64,000 bases of DNA from Nitrospirota bacterium (GTDB taxonomy: Bacteria > Nitrospirota > Thermodesulfovibrionia > Thermodesulfovibrionales > SM23-35): assembly GCA_040757475.1 (NCBI GenBank), contig JBFLWW010000004.1, positions 31,676-95,675 of the forward strand. Reading direction: 5' to 3'. Positions 8,185-16,640 of the stretch are shown here, piece by piece (position 1 is the first letter of the stretch; each line of letters begins with the position of its first letter). The notes under the pieces were generated by a model, which did not search any database, had not been told where the DNA came from, and saw only the letters and a program-made list of their open reading frames with translations. A program made the translations under genes and the position numbers.

Positions 8185-9080
8185 ACCAGTCTCAGCATGT
8201 TCGGCACCACCTCTATTTTTGCAGGAGTCATTCCGAAATAATCGCCGTCTATCTGTATATGGGCATTACCATTGATTTCAATACTCTCTGCCTTTAGATA
8301 TTCTACATCACTGAATCTCAGATGCCTTCCTGCTACTATACCGCAGACATACCTGAAGATGTCTGAAGGTTTTTTACCCTTAAAGAGGCAGATATAAAGA
8401 ATGGGGTCAGTGAGCCTTGCATCAGGTGTAACTTCGAAATTCCCACCATATTTTGCTGCCTTGCCTATTATTGCAGAATATCCAGAATAAGTCTTTCCAT
8501 CAATATCAAAGGTTAACTCACATGGATTAAATCTAGAGAGGGTTTTTATTCCACTATAGATATACGCACCTTTACCAGAAACTTTTTTGAGGGGTTCATT
8601 TATCCTAAAAACTGCCTCGCCATCAAACCCGATGCCTGCCATTAGACAGAAGTGACGAGTAACGAGTAACGGGTGATGAGTAATACATATCTTTCCTAGA
8701 GAAACAATTTTTGGAGTACTGCTGATAGCAATTCCCATTGCACCTTCCACATCTTCAGGTATACCCAGCTCTTTTGCAAGCACATTTGTGGTCCCGAGTG
8801 GCAGGATAGCCATTGGTATTTTTGACCCCGCAATACCGTTAATCACCTCGTTAAATGTGCCATCACCACCTGCTGCAATCACCAAAAGTTTGGAATAATC
8901 ATTGTCTTTGAACTCCGAACTAATTTGACTTGCAAAATTTTCTGCATCCCCCCTCTGCCCTGTGAAAAAGACTTCTACTGCATAACCCTTTAATTTCAGG
9001 AAACGAGATGCCTGTGCTATCTTCCTGTCTGATGCCCTTTTTGCTGCTGGATTATAGATAAGGACGATTGAGGATTTCAT
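8178..9080 (-). CDS. diacylglycerol/lipid kinase family protein (YegS/BmrU-like)
   Basis: DAGK catalytic pattern (VLIYNPAAKRA…VIAAGGDGTFNEVINGI…PLGTTNVLA). It contains a heptamer tract at 8652-8686. Confidence 0.85.
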   Translation of the reverse strand: MKSSIVLIYNPAAKRASDRKIAQASRFLKLKGYAVEVFFTGQRGDAENFASQISSEFKDNDYSKLLVIAAGGDGTFNEVINGIAGSKIPMAILPLGTTNVLAKELGIPEDVEGAMGIAISSTPKIVSLGKICITHHPLLVTRHFCLMAGIGFDGEAVFRINEPLKKVSGKGAYIYSGIKTLSRFNPCELTFDIDGKTYSGYSAIIGKAAKYGGNFEVTPDARLTDPILYICLFKGKKPSDIFRYVCGIVAGRHLRFSDVEYLKAESIEINGNAHIQIDGDYFGMTPAKIEVVPNMLRLVY

Positions 9081-9939
9081 TGAGTGAGATTATACCCTTA
9101 CATGAAGCGACTTTTCCAATTATTACAGGCATTCTTTCAAGGTAATCTATGATGTCTTTAACATTTATCCCTTCCTTTACAAAAAATGCCCTTCCTCCAC
9201 TTTTGCTCCCCTTATGCTTGATACCCGGTATCCTCAAATACCCAAATTTTTTAGATGCTACATAGCCAGTTGTATAATCTGGATCATCGGACACACATAA
9301 TTCAGCTATCACATGCTCACATGATGCAACCTTTGATGCAAGGATTAGGGCCTCCTTAACAGTCTCTGTATTAATCCCGAGTCTTGAGAGCCTCGATGAA
9401 AGAATCCTTAATACTGTCTTATTAATTCCGAGCCGGGATGCTCTAACCCCCCTCTCTCTGTCTGGTTCAAGACGGTTGCCTTTTTCTGATGTGATAATGG
9501 CTGCACCCCTCATCCTGTCTTTTCTTATCAATTCAAACGCTACATCAATAGCCCTCTCTGATACCTTTAATGACCGAAGTATTTTTATGACTGCATCTTT
9601 TGCCTCATCTGTAGAGCTGCATTTAATAGTAGTTACCGGCAACGATGGTACTATTTTAGGTTTCTCCATTATATCCTCGATTGTAATCACAATCCTATCA
9701 GGCCTTCCCTTTGGATGGTCTAATGCCCTGAGGGTATATTTTTTAATAACCTTTTGAATCTCGGATGTCTCATAAATCCCCTCTGCACCAGAGATGTGAA
9801 TTTCATCAGTTGGTAAAAGTAACGAGTGACGAGTAACAAGTGACAAGTTTTTATTTTGTTTCTTGCTCGTAACTCGTAACTTGTTACTCGCTACTGACTT
9901 CGATGCCCTCATTCGTATACTCCAGAAAGCGTGAGGCAT
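9052..9939 (-). CDS. bioW: 6-carboxyhexanoate--CoA ligase (pimeloyl-CoA synthase) BioW
   Basis: Collinear by eye with B. subtilis BioW (FWSIRMRAS…HISGAE…GVRASR…KEALILASKV…AELCVSDDPDYTTGYVA). ATG 9939 lies 1 nt after the bioB stop. It carries the heptamer hairpin insertion. Confidence 0.8.
   Translation of the reverse strand: MPHAFWSIRMRASKSVASNKLRVTSKKQNKNLSLVTRHSLLLPTDEIHISGAEGIYETSEIQKVIKKYTLRALDHPKGRPDRIVITIEDIMEKPKIVPSLPVTTIKCSSTDEAKDAVIKILRSLKVSERAIDVAFELIRKDRMRGAAIITSEKGNRLEPDRERGVRASRLGINKTVLRILSSRLSRLGINTETVKEALILASKVASCEHVIAELCVSDDPDYTTGYVASKKFGYLRIPGIKHKGSKSGGRAFFVKEGINVKDIIDYLERMPVIIGKVASCKGIISLNEILNRPYL
9819..9894. repeat. heptamer-repeat hairpin element inserted in-frame in bioW
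   Basis: The left arm is GTAACGA GTGACGA GTAACAA GTGACAA. After a loop comes the imperfect complement CTTGCTCGTAACTCGTAACTTGTTACTCGCTAC. It encodes an extra ~26 aa between MRAS and HISGAE. Confidence 0.8.
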
Positions 9940-9940
9940 T

Positions 9941-10900
9941 CTACGAAGCGAGTCCATATGCCTTGATAAGCCTAAGGTCATCCTCAGGACTTCTTCCAGG
10001 GGTAGTTAGATAATTACCTGTCAGCAGGCTGTCTGCCCCGGCGAGAAAGACCATCGAGTTGAATTCACCGAGTATCTGTATTCTACCTCCACAAACCCGT
10101 ATCTCCTTCTGAGGCAGAAGGAATCTATAAAGGCTTATAATCTTTAATGCCTCAAATGGATGAAGGGGGTCTCTATATTCTAATGCTGTCCCCTTAATAG
10201 GTATCAGAAAGTTTATCGGGACTGAATCTACATCGAGTTCTTTTAGCAAAAACGCCATGTCAATTCTATCATGCCATGTTTCTCCCATTCCAAAGATGCC
10301 TCCAGAACACAGGGAAAGCCCGATGGATTTCACTGCCTTTATTGTCTTAAGTTTATCAGCGTAGCTATGAGTGCTACATATCTCCGGGAAGAATCTTTCA
10401 GAGGTCTCAAGGTTATGGTGATAACGTTCAAGGCCAGATGATTTAAGTATTGCGAGTTCTTCCTCTCTCAAGAGGCCGAGGGTAGCGCATGGCAGAAGAC
10501 CGATTCCCCTGATCTCTGAAATCATTCCTGCTATTTCGAGTAAATCTCTGTCTGAAACCCTTCTTCCACTCGTGACAATGCAGAACCTCTTTGTGCCTGA
10601 TTGTTTTGCCTCGGTTGCCCGTTCAATAACTATTTCTTTATTGATAAGAGGATAAACCTCTATTTCAGCCTTGCTCCTATGTGACTGGGCGCAGAAGGAG
10701 CAGTCCTCAGGACAGGCACCTGATTTCGCATTCACTATAGAGCAGAGGTCTACGTTGTTACCCCTGAAATGGTTTCTTATCCTGCTTGCAGATGCAAAGA
10801 GGTCAAAGAGGTCAGACCCTGAGATCTCAGCAATATAAAGGGCATCTTTTTTTGGTATACTATTACCATTTAATACAGCTTCTTCGAGTTTTTTAAGCAC
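9941..10900 (-). CDS. bioB: biotin synthase
   Basis: Radical-SAM motif CPEDCSFCAQS and overall BioB pattern, 319 aa. Confidence 0.95.
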   Translation of the reverse strand: MLKKLEEAVLNGNSIPKKDALYIAEISGSDLFDLFASASRIRNHFRGNNVDLCSIVNAKSGACPEDCSFCAQSHRSKAEIEVYPLINKEIVIERATEAKQSGTKRFCIVTSGRRVSDRDLLEIAGMISEIRGIGLLPCATLGLLREEELAILKSSGLERYHHNLETSERFFPEICSTHSYADKLKTIKAVKSIGLSLCSGGIFGMGETWHDRIDMAFLLKELDVDSVPINFLIPIKGTALEYRDPLHPFEALKIISLYRFLLPQKEIRVCGGRIQILGEFNSMVFLAGADSLLTGNYLTTPGRSPEDDLRLIKAYGLAS

Positions 10901-10964
10901 AGGGTATTTTTACAGAAGACAGGAGCATTGTCAACCCAATAGTAAAAGCATGTTTACGAGTATT

Positions 10965-11246
10965 TTAGTAGTAATTTATACTAAACCCTTTCAGGTCTCC
11001 CTGAAACGTTTCCCATTTTACATCTATATTTGTAACACTCGCGCCAGGGGGGCCGCTGTAACATTCTTTTATAGCCTGTTCAATAAGCTCTTTTTTGCCT
11101 TCAAATACTGCCTCGACCCTGCCGTCATAGAGATTTCTTACCCAGCCTTTCAGGCCGAGGTTGTATGCAATGTCTCTGGTAAATGCCCTATAAAAGACCC
11201 CCTGCACCCTACCTGAAATTAATAAATGAGCCCTTGCTTCATCCAT
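10965..11246 (-). CDS. acyP: acylphosphatase
   Basis: 93 aa with ISGRVQGVFYRAFTR…GWVRNLYDGRVE, the classic acylphosphatase signatures. Confidence 0.85.
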   Translation of the reverse strand: MDEARAHLLISGRVQGVFYRAFTRDIAYNLGLKGWVRNLYDGRVEAVFEGKKELIEQAIKECYSGPPGASVTNIDVKWETFQGDLKGFSINYY

Positions 11247-11271
11247 AATTTAAAAATTATAACATATATCG

Positions 11272-12012
11272 CTATTCTCCAAGATATGCCTTTCTTACCT
11301 GTTCATTGTTCAGTAGCTCTTCACCTTTGCCCTCAAGTGCTATCCTGCCATTTTCAAGCACATAACCCCTGTTTGAGAGTTTGAGTGCTGCACGGGCATT
11401 CTGTTCGACAAGGAGGACTGTAACCCCTTCTTCATTAATCTCTTTTATCGTCTTGAATATCTTACTCACGATGATAGGGGCAAGGCCGAGGGAAGGTTCA
11501 TCAAGAAGCAGGAGTTTCGGATTAGACATGAGGGCCCTGCCTATTGCGAGCATCTGCTGTTCTCCTCCGCTCAGTGTTCCACCTAATTGCTTATGCCTTT
11601 CTTTTAGGACAGGGAATAATTCAAAAACTTTCTCTAATTGGGTTCTTAGTTGTTGGTTTTTAGTTTTTTGACTCCTGAGTACTGACTCCTGGCTACCGAC
11701 TACCGTATATCCTCCCATCTCAAGATTCTCTCTGACAGTAAGCTTAGGGAATATCCTTCTTCCTTCAGGCACCTGGCTGATACCCATCTCAACAATCCTG
11801 TGTGGAGAAATTCCCCTGATACTTTTTCCTTCAAACAGGATATCGCCTGAGAGAGGTTTCAGGATGCCTGATATCGTCATGAGAGTTGTTGACTTGCCTG
11901 CCCCATTGCTTCCAATGAGACAGACAATCTCCCCATGTTTCACTTCGATATTTATACCCTTTAATGCCTCAATCGGCCCATAGAATGTATGAACATCAAC
12001 AAGCTTTAGCAT
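11272..12012 (-). CDS. livF: branched-chain amino acid ABC transporter ATP-binding protein LivF
   Basis: Walker A GSNGAGKSTT, signature LSGGEQQML and Walker B LLLLDEPS. ATG 12012 lies behind GAGGTGG. There is an extra heptamer-encoded segment at 11645-11706. Confidence 0.9.
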   Translation of the reverse strand: MLKLVDVHTFYGPIEALKGINIEVKHGEIVCLIGSNGAGKSTTLMTISGILKPLSGDILFEGKSIRGISPHRIVEMGISQVPEGRRIFPKLTVRENLEMGGYTVVGSQESVLRSQKTKNQQLRTQLEKVFELFPVLKERHKQLGGTLSGGEQQMLAIGRALMSNPKLLLLDEPSLGLAPIIVSKIFKTIKEINEEGVTVLLVEQNARAALKLSNRGYVLENGRIALEGKGEELLNNEQVRKAYLGE

Positions 12013-12162
12013 AAATACCACCTCATGTAAAGTTTCCTCTTACTTCTTGTGTCGGGTCGAGGATGTCGAAGACGATATCGTCGAGGGCTTTGCGGCCAGG
12101 AAGAGGGTTGAGTTTTTGCTTACAGATAGGTTGGGAGAGTTTGGAGCCAAGATCATGTGTTG

Positions 12163-12588
12163 TCATTTTATTTTTGCAAGGAAATCTCCAGCGGTTATTA
12201 CATTGACAATACTTTTAATTTTGTCAGTAAAGAAATGTGCATCACCGGTTAAAAAATAGTCAGGCTTTACATAAAGAACTGCTGCAAGGACTGGAATGTC
12301 CTTTTTATGAGTTATCATGGATTCAGCATCTTTTAATTTGTGATTATACTTTGCCCGTGGGATAATCGAAATATCAGTCAAGGCTTTTTCTATTTCAGCA
12401 ACAGCAATTTCAAAGGTTCTCTCTTTTAGATATTTCAGCTTTTTTCTTACTACCTTCCGTAATTCATCAACAATATCCTCACTTGTCACAATGTCCAGCT
12501 CGACTAAATCCAGAATCTTTGATTCATTCCCATTAAAGAAAATTCCTGAGAGTAGGATGTTCGTATCAACAAAGACCTTGTATCTCAT
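12163..12588 (-). CDS. PIN-domain toxin (VapC-like)
   Basis: N-terminal VFVDTNILL plus later acidic residues typical of PIN. It overlaps the upstream antitoxin gene by 4 nt. Confidence 0.75.
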   Translation of the reverse strand: MRYKVFVDTNILLSGIFFNGNESKILDLVELDIVTSEDIVDELRKVVRKKLKYLKERTFEIAVAEIEKALTDISIIPRAKYNHKLKDAESMITHKKDIPVLAAVLYVKPDYFLTGDAHFFTDKIKSIVNVITAGDFLAKIK

Positions 12589-12800
12589 TTGCGCATCTTC
12601 TCAAGCTCTTTCAACATCTCTGCCTCTGAGATACCTTCTTTTTTCATAAGCCATCTCAGAAATGCTCTGCTTTTGCGGGCATAAGCCTTTTTGAGCGCTG
12701 ATACAACAGCCTCCGATGCGTCAGAGAATACGCCCAGCTTAATCTCCTCATTAATGTTCCGGTAGATATCCTCTGGAATCTGAGCCACTATTTTAGGCAT
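12585..12800 (-). CDS. ribbon-helix-helix (CopG-like) antitoxin
   Basis: 71 aa. IVAQIPEDIYRNINEEIKLGVFSDASEAVVSALKK fits the RHH pattern. GGAGG lies before the ATG. Confidence 0.55.
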   Translation of the reverse strand: MPKIVAQIPEDIYRNINEEIKLGVFSDASEAVVSALKKAYARKSRAFLRWLMKKEGISEAEMLKELEKMRK

Positions 12801-12944
12801 TTTACACCTCCTTAATATCTAACTTAGCTAATAATAACAGAAACTTTACAGCTTTGCACAATTCACACACACCTTACTTTCTTAAGGTTAAAATAAAAGC
12901 CCAGGTCTCCGCTCTCATCGAGGTATAGATAAAGCATTTATTTC

Positions 12945-13637
12945 TTATGCCCTGCTTAAATGCCTCTCATAAATATCCCTCAAAAACTCATAGCCTCTTA
13001 AGCCATAGATAATGCATATCCTGTTTGCGCTGTCACTCGCTCCGGCATCATAAAGAAATTCCACGATTGACCGTATATCCTTCTGGTCGAAATCTGGGGT
13101 TATCTTCTCAAGCATCTTCAAATAAATGTCCCCGATATATTTAGCTGTTTCTTTGCTATCACCTTTATCTTTGAGACTATCTAAATTCTCTATAAAGAAG
13201 GGTGAATTAAAATCTTCGTGTACATAAGGTACTGATAACATGAGCCATTCATGAGAATCAGCATCAATCTGTGGCAATAATGCGGTCAGTTTTGAAGCAG
13301 ACGATAAAATCTGCTTGTCTTCTTTGGTCAAAGATGCCTCATCTTTGCCTTTATATTTTTCATAGAGATATCTCCAGAACTCGATTATCCTCCCTTTCAT
13401 CTTTTCATTCTCTTCTGAGCTTATTCTCAAATAAGACCTCTGCATCCAGAAAAAGCTAATAATTTCTTTAATGTGTTCGTATTTAAACTTATTAATTATT
13501 CGATTGAATAGACTTTCTGGTTTCTCGATTGACTCATGTCCTCTCAAGTAGGCTAAGGAGATATGTTGTATAAGATGTTCGTTATCACGTTTTTCTCTAA
13601 AATCATAATCAATTCCATACTGATAGTGAGGTCTCAT
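12945..13637 (-). CDS. hypothetical all-alpha protein (230 aa)
   Basis: Long ORF with no recognisable motifs. Its 5' end abuts the livF-fragment junction (~13680), so it may be N-terminally truncated. Confidence 0.45.
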   Translation of the reverse strand: MRPHYQYGIDYDFREKRDNEHLIQHISLAYLRGHESIEKPESLFNRIINKFKYEHIKEIISFFWMQRSYLRISSEENEKMKGRIIEFWRYLYEKYKGKDEASLTKEDKQILSSASKLTALLPQIDADSHEWLMLSVPYVHEDFNSPFFIENLDSLKDKGDSKETAKYIGDIYLKMLEKITPDFDQKDIRSIVEFLYDAGASDSANRICIIYGLRGYEFLRDIYERHLSRA

Positions 13638-13678
13638 TAAATTTGGTAGATAATGTGCCTGTCCCTATTTTGCTGTTT

Positions 13679-13812
13679 CTGAGAGTTGTTGACTTGCCTG
13701 CCCCATTGCTTCCAATAAGACAAACAATCTCCCCTTGCTTTATATCGATATTAATGCCCTTCAGGGCTTCGATAGGACCGTAAAATGTATGAACGTCTGT
13801 AAGTTTTAGCAT
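13679..13812 (-). pseudogene. livF: 5' fragment of a second livF allele (first ~44 codons)
   Basis: MLKLTDVHTFYGPIEALKGINIDIKQGEIVCLIGSNGAGKSTTL, then homology stops abruptly. It is ~84% nt identical to 11879-12012, and the similarity continues ~75 nt upstream of the ATG. Confidence 0.85.
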
Positions 13813-13924
13813 AAATACCACACTGTGTAAAATTTTATCTTACTTCTTATCTATTTTTATTTTCTTCTTGTATCAGCCAAGGACATCGAAAAAACACCTA
13901 CTACAAATCATTACCTTTCAAAAT

Positions 13925-14314
13925 TTAGAACAAAATTTTCCCTTCACCTCCAATAGGCAGCGGTCGAACACGTATGCGAGTCTGTTCAAGGACAACTATG
14001 CTTCCTTGTTTCAAAGACTCTTCAATTGTCGGTAGATTTTTTAAAAGTAATCTAAGTTGATTCTCAGGACGTCTCTCTGAACCTCGTCGAAATAGGATAA
14101 TAGAGGGCTTTATTTCTGTTCTCATAGCAAGGATGGTGCCGAAGTCAGTATCAGTAGATATGATAATCCGCTCTTCTGTAGTGGCCTTATCAAAAATTTC
14201 TTCATCTTCAGCTGTCTGCATTTTATAATCACGAACATGTACAGCATCATGCCCAGCTTCTCGTAATCCTTTTGCTACAAAGGGAGATAAAGCGTTGTCT
14301 ATTAAAAACCTCAT
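13925..14314 (-). CDS. DUF5615-type (PIN-like/Mut7-C-like) toxin
   Basis: [27 protein letters not shown]…ISTDTDFG. It is the usual partner of DUF433 and overlaps it by 4 nt. Confidence 0.7.
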   Translation of the reverse strand: MRFLIDNALSPFVAKGLREAGHDAVHVRDYKMQTAEDEEIFDKATTEERIIISTDTDFGTILAMRTEIKPSIILFRRGSERRPENQLRLLLKNLPTIEESLKQGSIVVLEQTRIRVRPLPIGGEGKILF

Positions 14315-14541
14315 GTGGTTACCAAAGGCAATTCTCTTTCACGGATAGCTTCAGCTGCATATTGAAGGGCCTCTCGTATATCTTCTTTCTCCAGGTCAGG
14401 AAAAGCTTTCAAAATCTCTTCTTCGCTCATACCGTCAGCAACCATGCCAACTACAGTTGCAACAGGTATACGTAATCCACGAATACAAGGCACCCCACCC
14501 ATTTGTTTGGGATTAACTGTAATTCTTGTAAATTTCATCAT
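14311..14541 (-). CDS. DUF433-type antitoxin
   Basis: 76 aa. [49 protein letters not shown] is the canonical DUF433 pattern. Confidence 0.75.
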   Translation of the reverse strand: MMKFTRITVNPKQMGGVPCIRGLRIPVATVVGMVADGMSEEEILKAFPDLEKEDIREALQYAAEAIRERELPLVTT

Positions 14542-14733
14542 CCACCTCCTTTAATATTTTATTACATTCAGGTGCATTCTTCCTACAATCACAACCCCTG
14601 CAAATCATTGCTTTAGTCTACTCCTCCAATAAGCTTTTCCACTTCTTTCTTGGCTTTTTCTAAAAGTTCCTTTGCCTCTTTGCGTGCCTCACCAAATTCT
14701 CCTTTAAAGGCTTTGGATAAGATTGAGTGAGTT

Positions 14734-16485
14734 CTATAATATACAATTACATTTTATTTTCTTATAATCCATCTTAAGGCTACTCCACATTTTCATTGTC
14801 TCTTTACAAAGAGCAACGTTGGAATAATTATATTTTGACTTTAAATGTTCTATTACCGTGGAATACATTGTAAGTCGGGTCTGGAAATCAATCCTTCTGC
14901 CCCAATTAGAGGATTCTCTTAAATACTTAACCCAACTTTTATCTGAACATCCATTTATAGTACTCTGAAGCCCCCTTAAAGACCCTAAAGTAATCCTTTC
15001 TGGGGCAAGATTCTTAAAAATCAAATCTACTAATTGTAAATAAGATTCCTTCCATCCATCTATTGGAACCATCGGGTCTATCCTAATCCGAACCCCATAT
15101 CCTGTTTGATAGAGTTTCTTAGCTACTTCAACTCTCTTCAAAACAGGCGGTGCCTTCTTCTCCCACATTTTGGCAACAGGTATTGCATTGAGACTGAAGC
15201 TTATAATTGCTTGATTATGAGGCTCGATCTCTAAAAGGTTTTTTACATTCGAGGACTTGGTTAAGAATAAGACCTTGTGAATCTTCTGAGTTTCAAAAAT
15301 GGGGATAATAAATTTAGAAAATGGATGTCCTGAATTTTCATGCATTAATGAATCAGCGATTTCGCCTGTATTTAGTATTTCTGGCATCTCTACCTCCTCT
15401 AAAAATCTTCTGGTATGCAGTTCTATTTTCTCATAAGACTTGACCACTGGTTTTGGACCATTTGGGTGAAACCTGAAAGTCCCTTTTAAATAGCACCAAC
15501 TACAATCAAAAGGACATCCATAAGCCCATTTGAGTTCTAGGAAGTGGGGACAGACTACATCAGTTGAATTTGAATTTTCAGGAAAAGGCGTCTTATCAAA
15601 TCTTGTAATTATAGAGCCATCATTGACTCGCTCAACTAATTTTTCAATTCTTCTATTTAAGAGTTTGTAATCTTTGTATATTACTTTCGGTTTGGTAGAA
15701 AGATATACTGCCGAACTCTCGCGCACAAAACCGCCAGGGTTATTATTCAGCGAGAGCTTTATTTGACCTGTAGGAGAAATTTTGCTGATCTCTTTCCAGA
15801 ATTTATGACCCAGCAGGTGTTTACTCGCAAATAGTAGATAGTATAATGGCAGGTTTTTTTGACTGCTCCTTATTAATATCTCATCTCCAGATTTAATTTC
15901 GCTGTAACCAAGTTTGCTAAGGTTACCCTTATAATAATCTATTAGGTTCTTTTCTATGTGGGTAGATGTGAGCTGGCCTATATTTTTGATATCTTTTGGA
16001 AAAAGTTGTCGCCAGTCTTTGTCTCCAATATAATCATCTAAAATACTATGTGACTGTTTTATATATCTTGATAGATTTCTTTTAATATCCATCCCCTCTG
16101 GGAATGTAATAACCAGATCAATCCTTCGGTCTTCGGTCAATTTTTGGAGTGTCTCAAATTTAATATGTAATCCTGTAGGGTCAACAACTGCAAGGCTTAA
16201 CGCCCTCTCTGGTATTTCACTGGCAATATCATCAATTTTTTCATTACAGTCTCCTTGAATTATACTGACTTTATCTTTGATGGGTGATCTCTCAACCCTC
16301 TTTTTTAAAGCATTCACAGCCTCGGAGTCTAACTCAATCATAAAATATCGTTTAAAAGGATATTTAACAGAAAGAGAAATCAATGCTGAGCCATTAATTT
16401 CTTCGGCGGTTTTTCTTACTCTACATTTTCCAGAACCTGCAAATAAATCAATGTAATATAATTCTCCTCTCCATTTATTCTTCAT
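14734..16485 (-). CDS. fusion protein: TcmP-like (three-Cys-motif partner, SAM-MTase-like) N-half plus SplB/DNA-photolyase-like radical-SAM C-half
   Basis: The N-half has YIDLFAGSGKC and VVDPTG. The C-half has WAYGCPFDCSWCYL (CX3CX2C) and RIRIDPMVP. The start ATG overlaps the stop of the small upstream ORF (ATGA). Confidence 0.65.
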   Translation of the reverse strand: MKNKWRGELYYIDLFAGSGKCRVRKTAEEINGSALISLSVKYPFKRYFMIELDSEAVNALKKRVERSPIKDKVSIIQGDCNEKIDDIASEIPERALSLAVVDPTGLHIKFETLQKLTEDRRIDLVITFPEGMDIKRNLSRYIKQSHSILDDYIGDKDWRQLFPKDIKNIGQLTSTHIEKNLIDYYKGNLSKLGYSEIKSGDEILIRSSQKNLPLYYLLFASKHLLGHKFWKEISKISPTGQIKLSLNNNPGGFVRESSAVYLSTKPKVIYKDYKLLNRRIEKLVERVNDGSIITRFDKTPFPENSNSTDVVCPHFLELKWAYGCPFDCSWCYLKGTFRFHPNGPKPVVKSYEKIELHTRRFLEEVEMPEILNTGEIADSLMHENSGHPFSKFIIPIFETQKIHKVLFLTKSSNVKNLLEIEPHNQAIISFSLNAIPVAKMWEKKAPPVLKRVEVAKKLYQTGYGVRIRIDPMVPIDGWKESYLQLVDLIFKNLAPERITLGSLRGLQSTINGCSDKSWVKYLRESSNWGRRIDFQTRLTMYSTVIEHLKSKYNYSNVALCKETMKMWSSLKMDYKKIKCNCIL

Positions 16486-16640
16486 TGCTGCAGTGAAAAT
16501 CTCAAAATACCGCCTAAATAGAAATACTTATCCTTTGCCCAAAGTCCTACGCATCTGACCGGTAAACCATCAGAACCTTTTTGGACATTACATATGCTTT
16601 CAGGGGCATTTTTCTTATAATCACAGTCTCTACAAATCAT
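16482..16640 (-). CDS. small CxxC ORF (52 aa), possibly the frameshifted N-terminus of the downstream fusion gene
   Basis: MICRDCDYKKNAPESICNV…GLWAKDKYFYLGG…. Its ATG overlaps the R-M stop (ATGA) and its TGA overlaps the next ATG. It is below the ORF-track length cutoff. Confidence 0.4.
   Translation of the reverse strand: MICRDCDYKKNAPESICNVQKGSDGLPVRCVGLWAKDKYFYLGGILRFSLQQ

Noticed and set aside
8652-8686. Heptamer tract in the lipid kinase as a clear insertion
   Set aside because: The period-7 pattern (GTGACGA GTAACGA GTAACGG GTGATGA GTAATAC) is evident. However, it is 35 nt and not hairpin-forming, and I cannot judge from memory whether the encoded HHPLLVTRHF segment is extra relative to homologues.
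12023-12166. 47-codon ORF (MTTHDLG…RKALDDIVFDILDPTQEVR) overlapping the PIN stop by ATGA
   Set aside because: It is too short and lies inside the livF-upstream repeat. The …LDDIVFDIL… tail may be a remnant of an R-M gene C-terminus, but this cannot be supported without a search.
16482-16520. Programmed ribosomal frameshift joining the CxxC ORF to the radical-SAM fusion gene
   Set aside because: There is no canonical X-XXY-YYZ slippery heptamer or downstream pseudoknot at the candidate site (TATTTAGGCGG). It is reported only as a possible mutational frameshift, or as genuine ATGA coupling.
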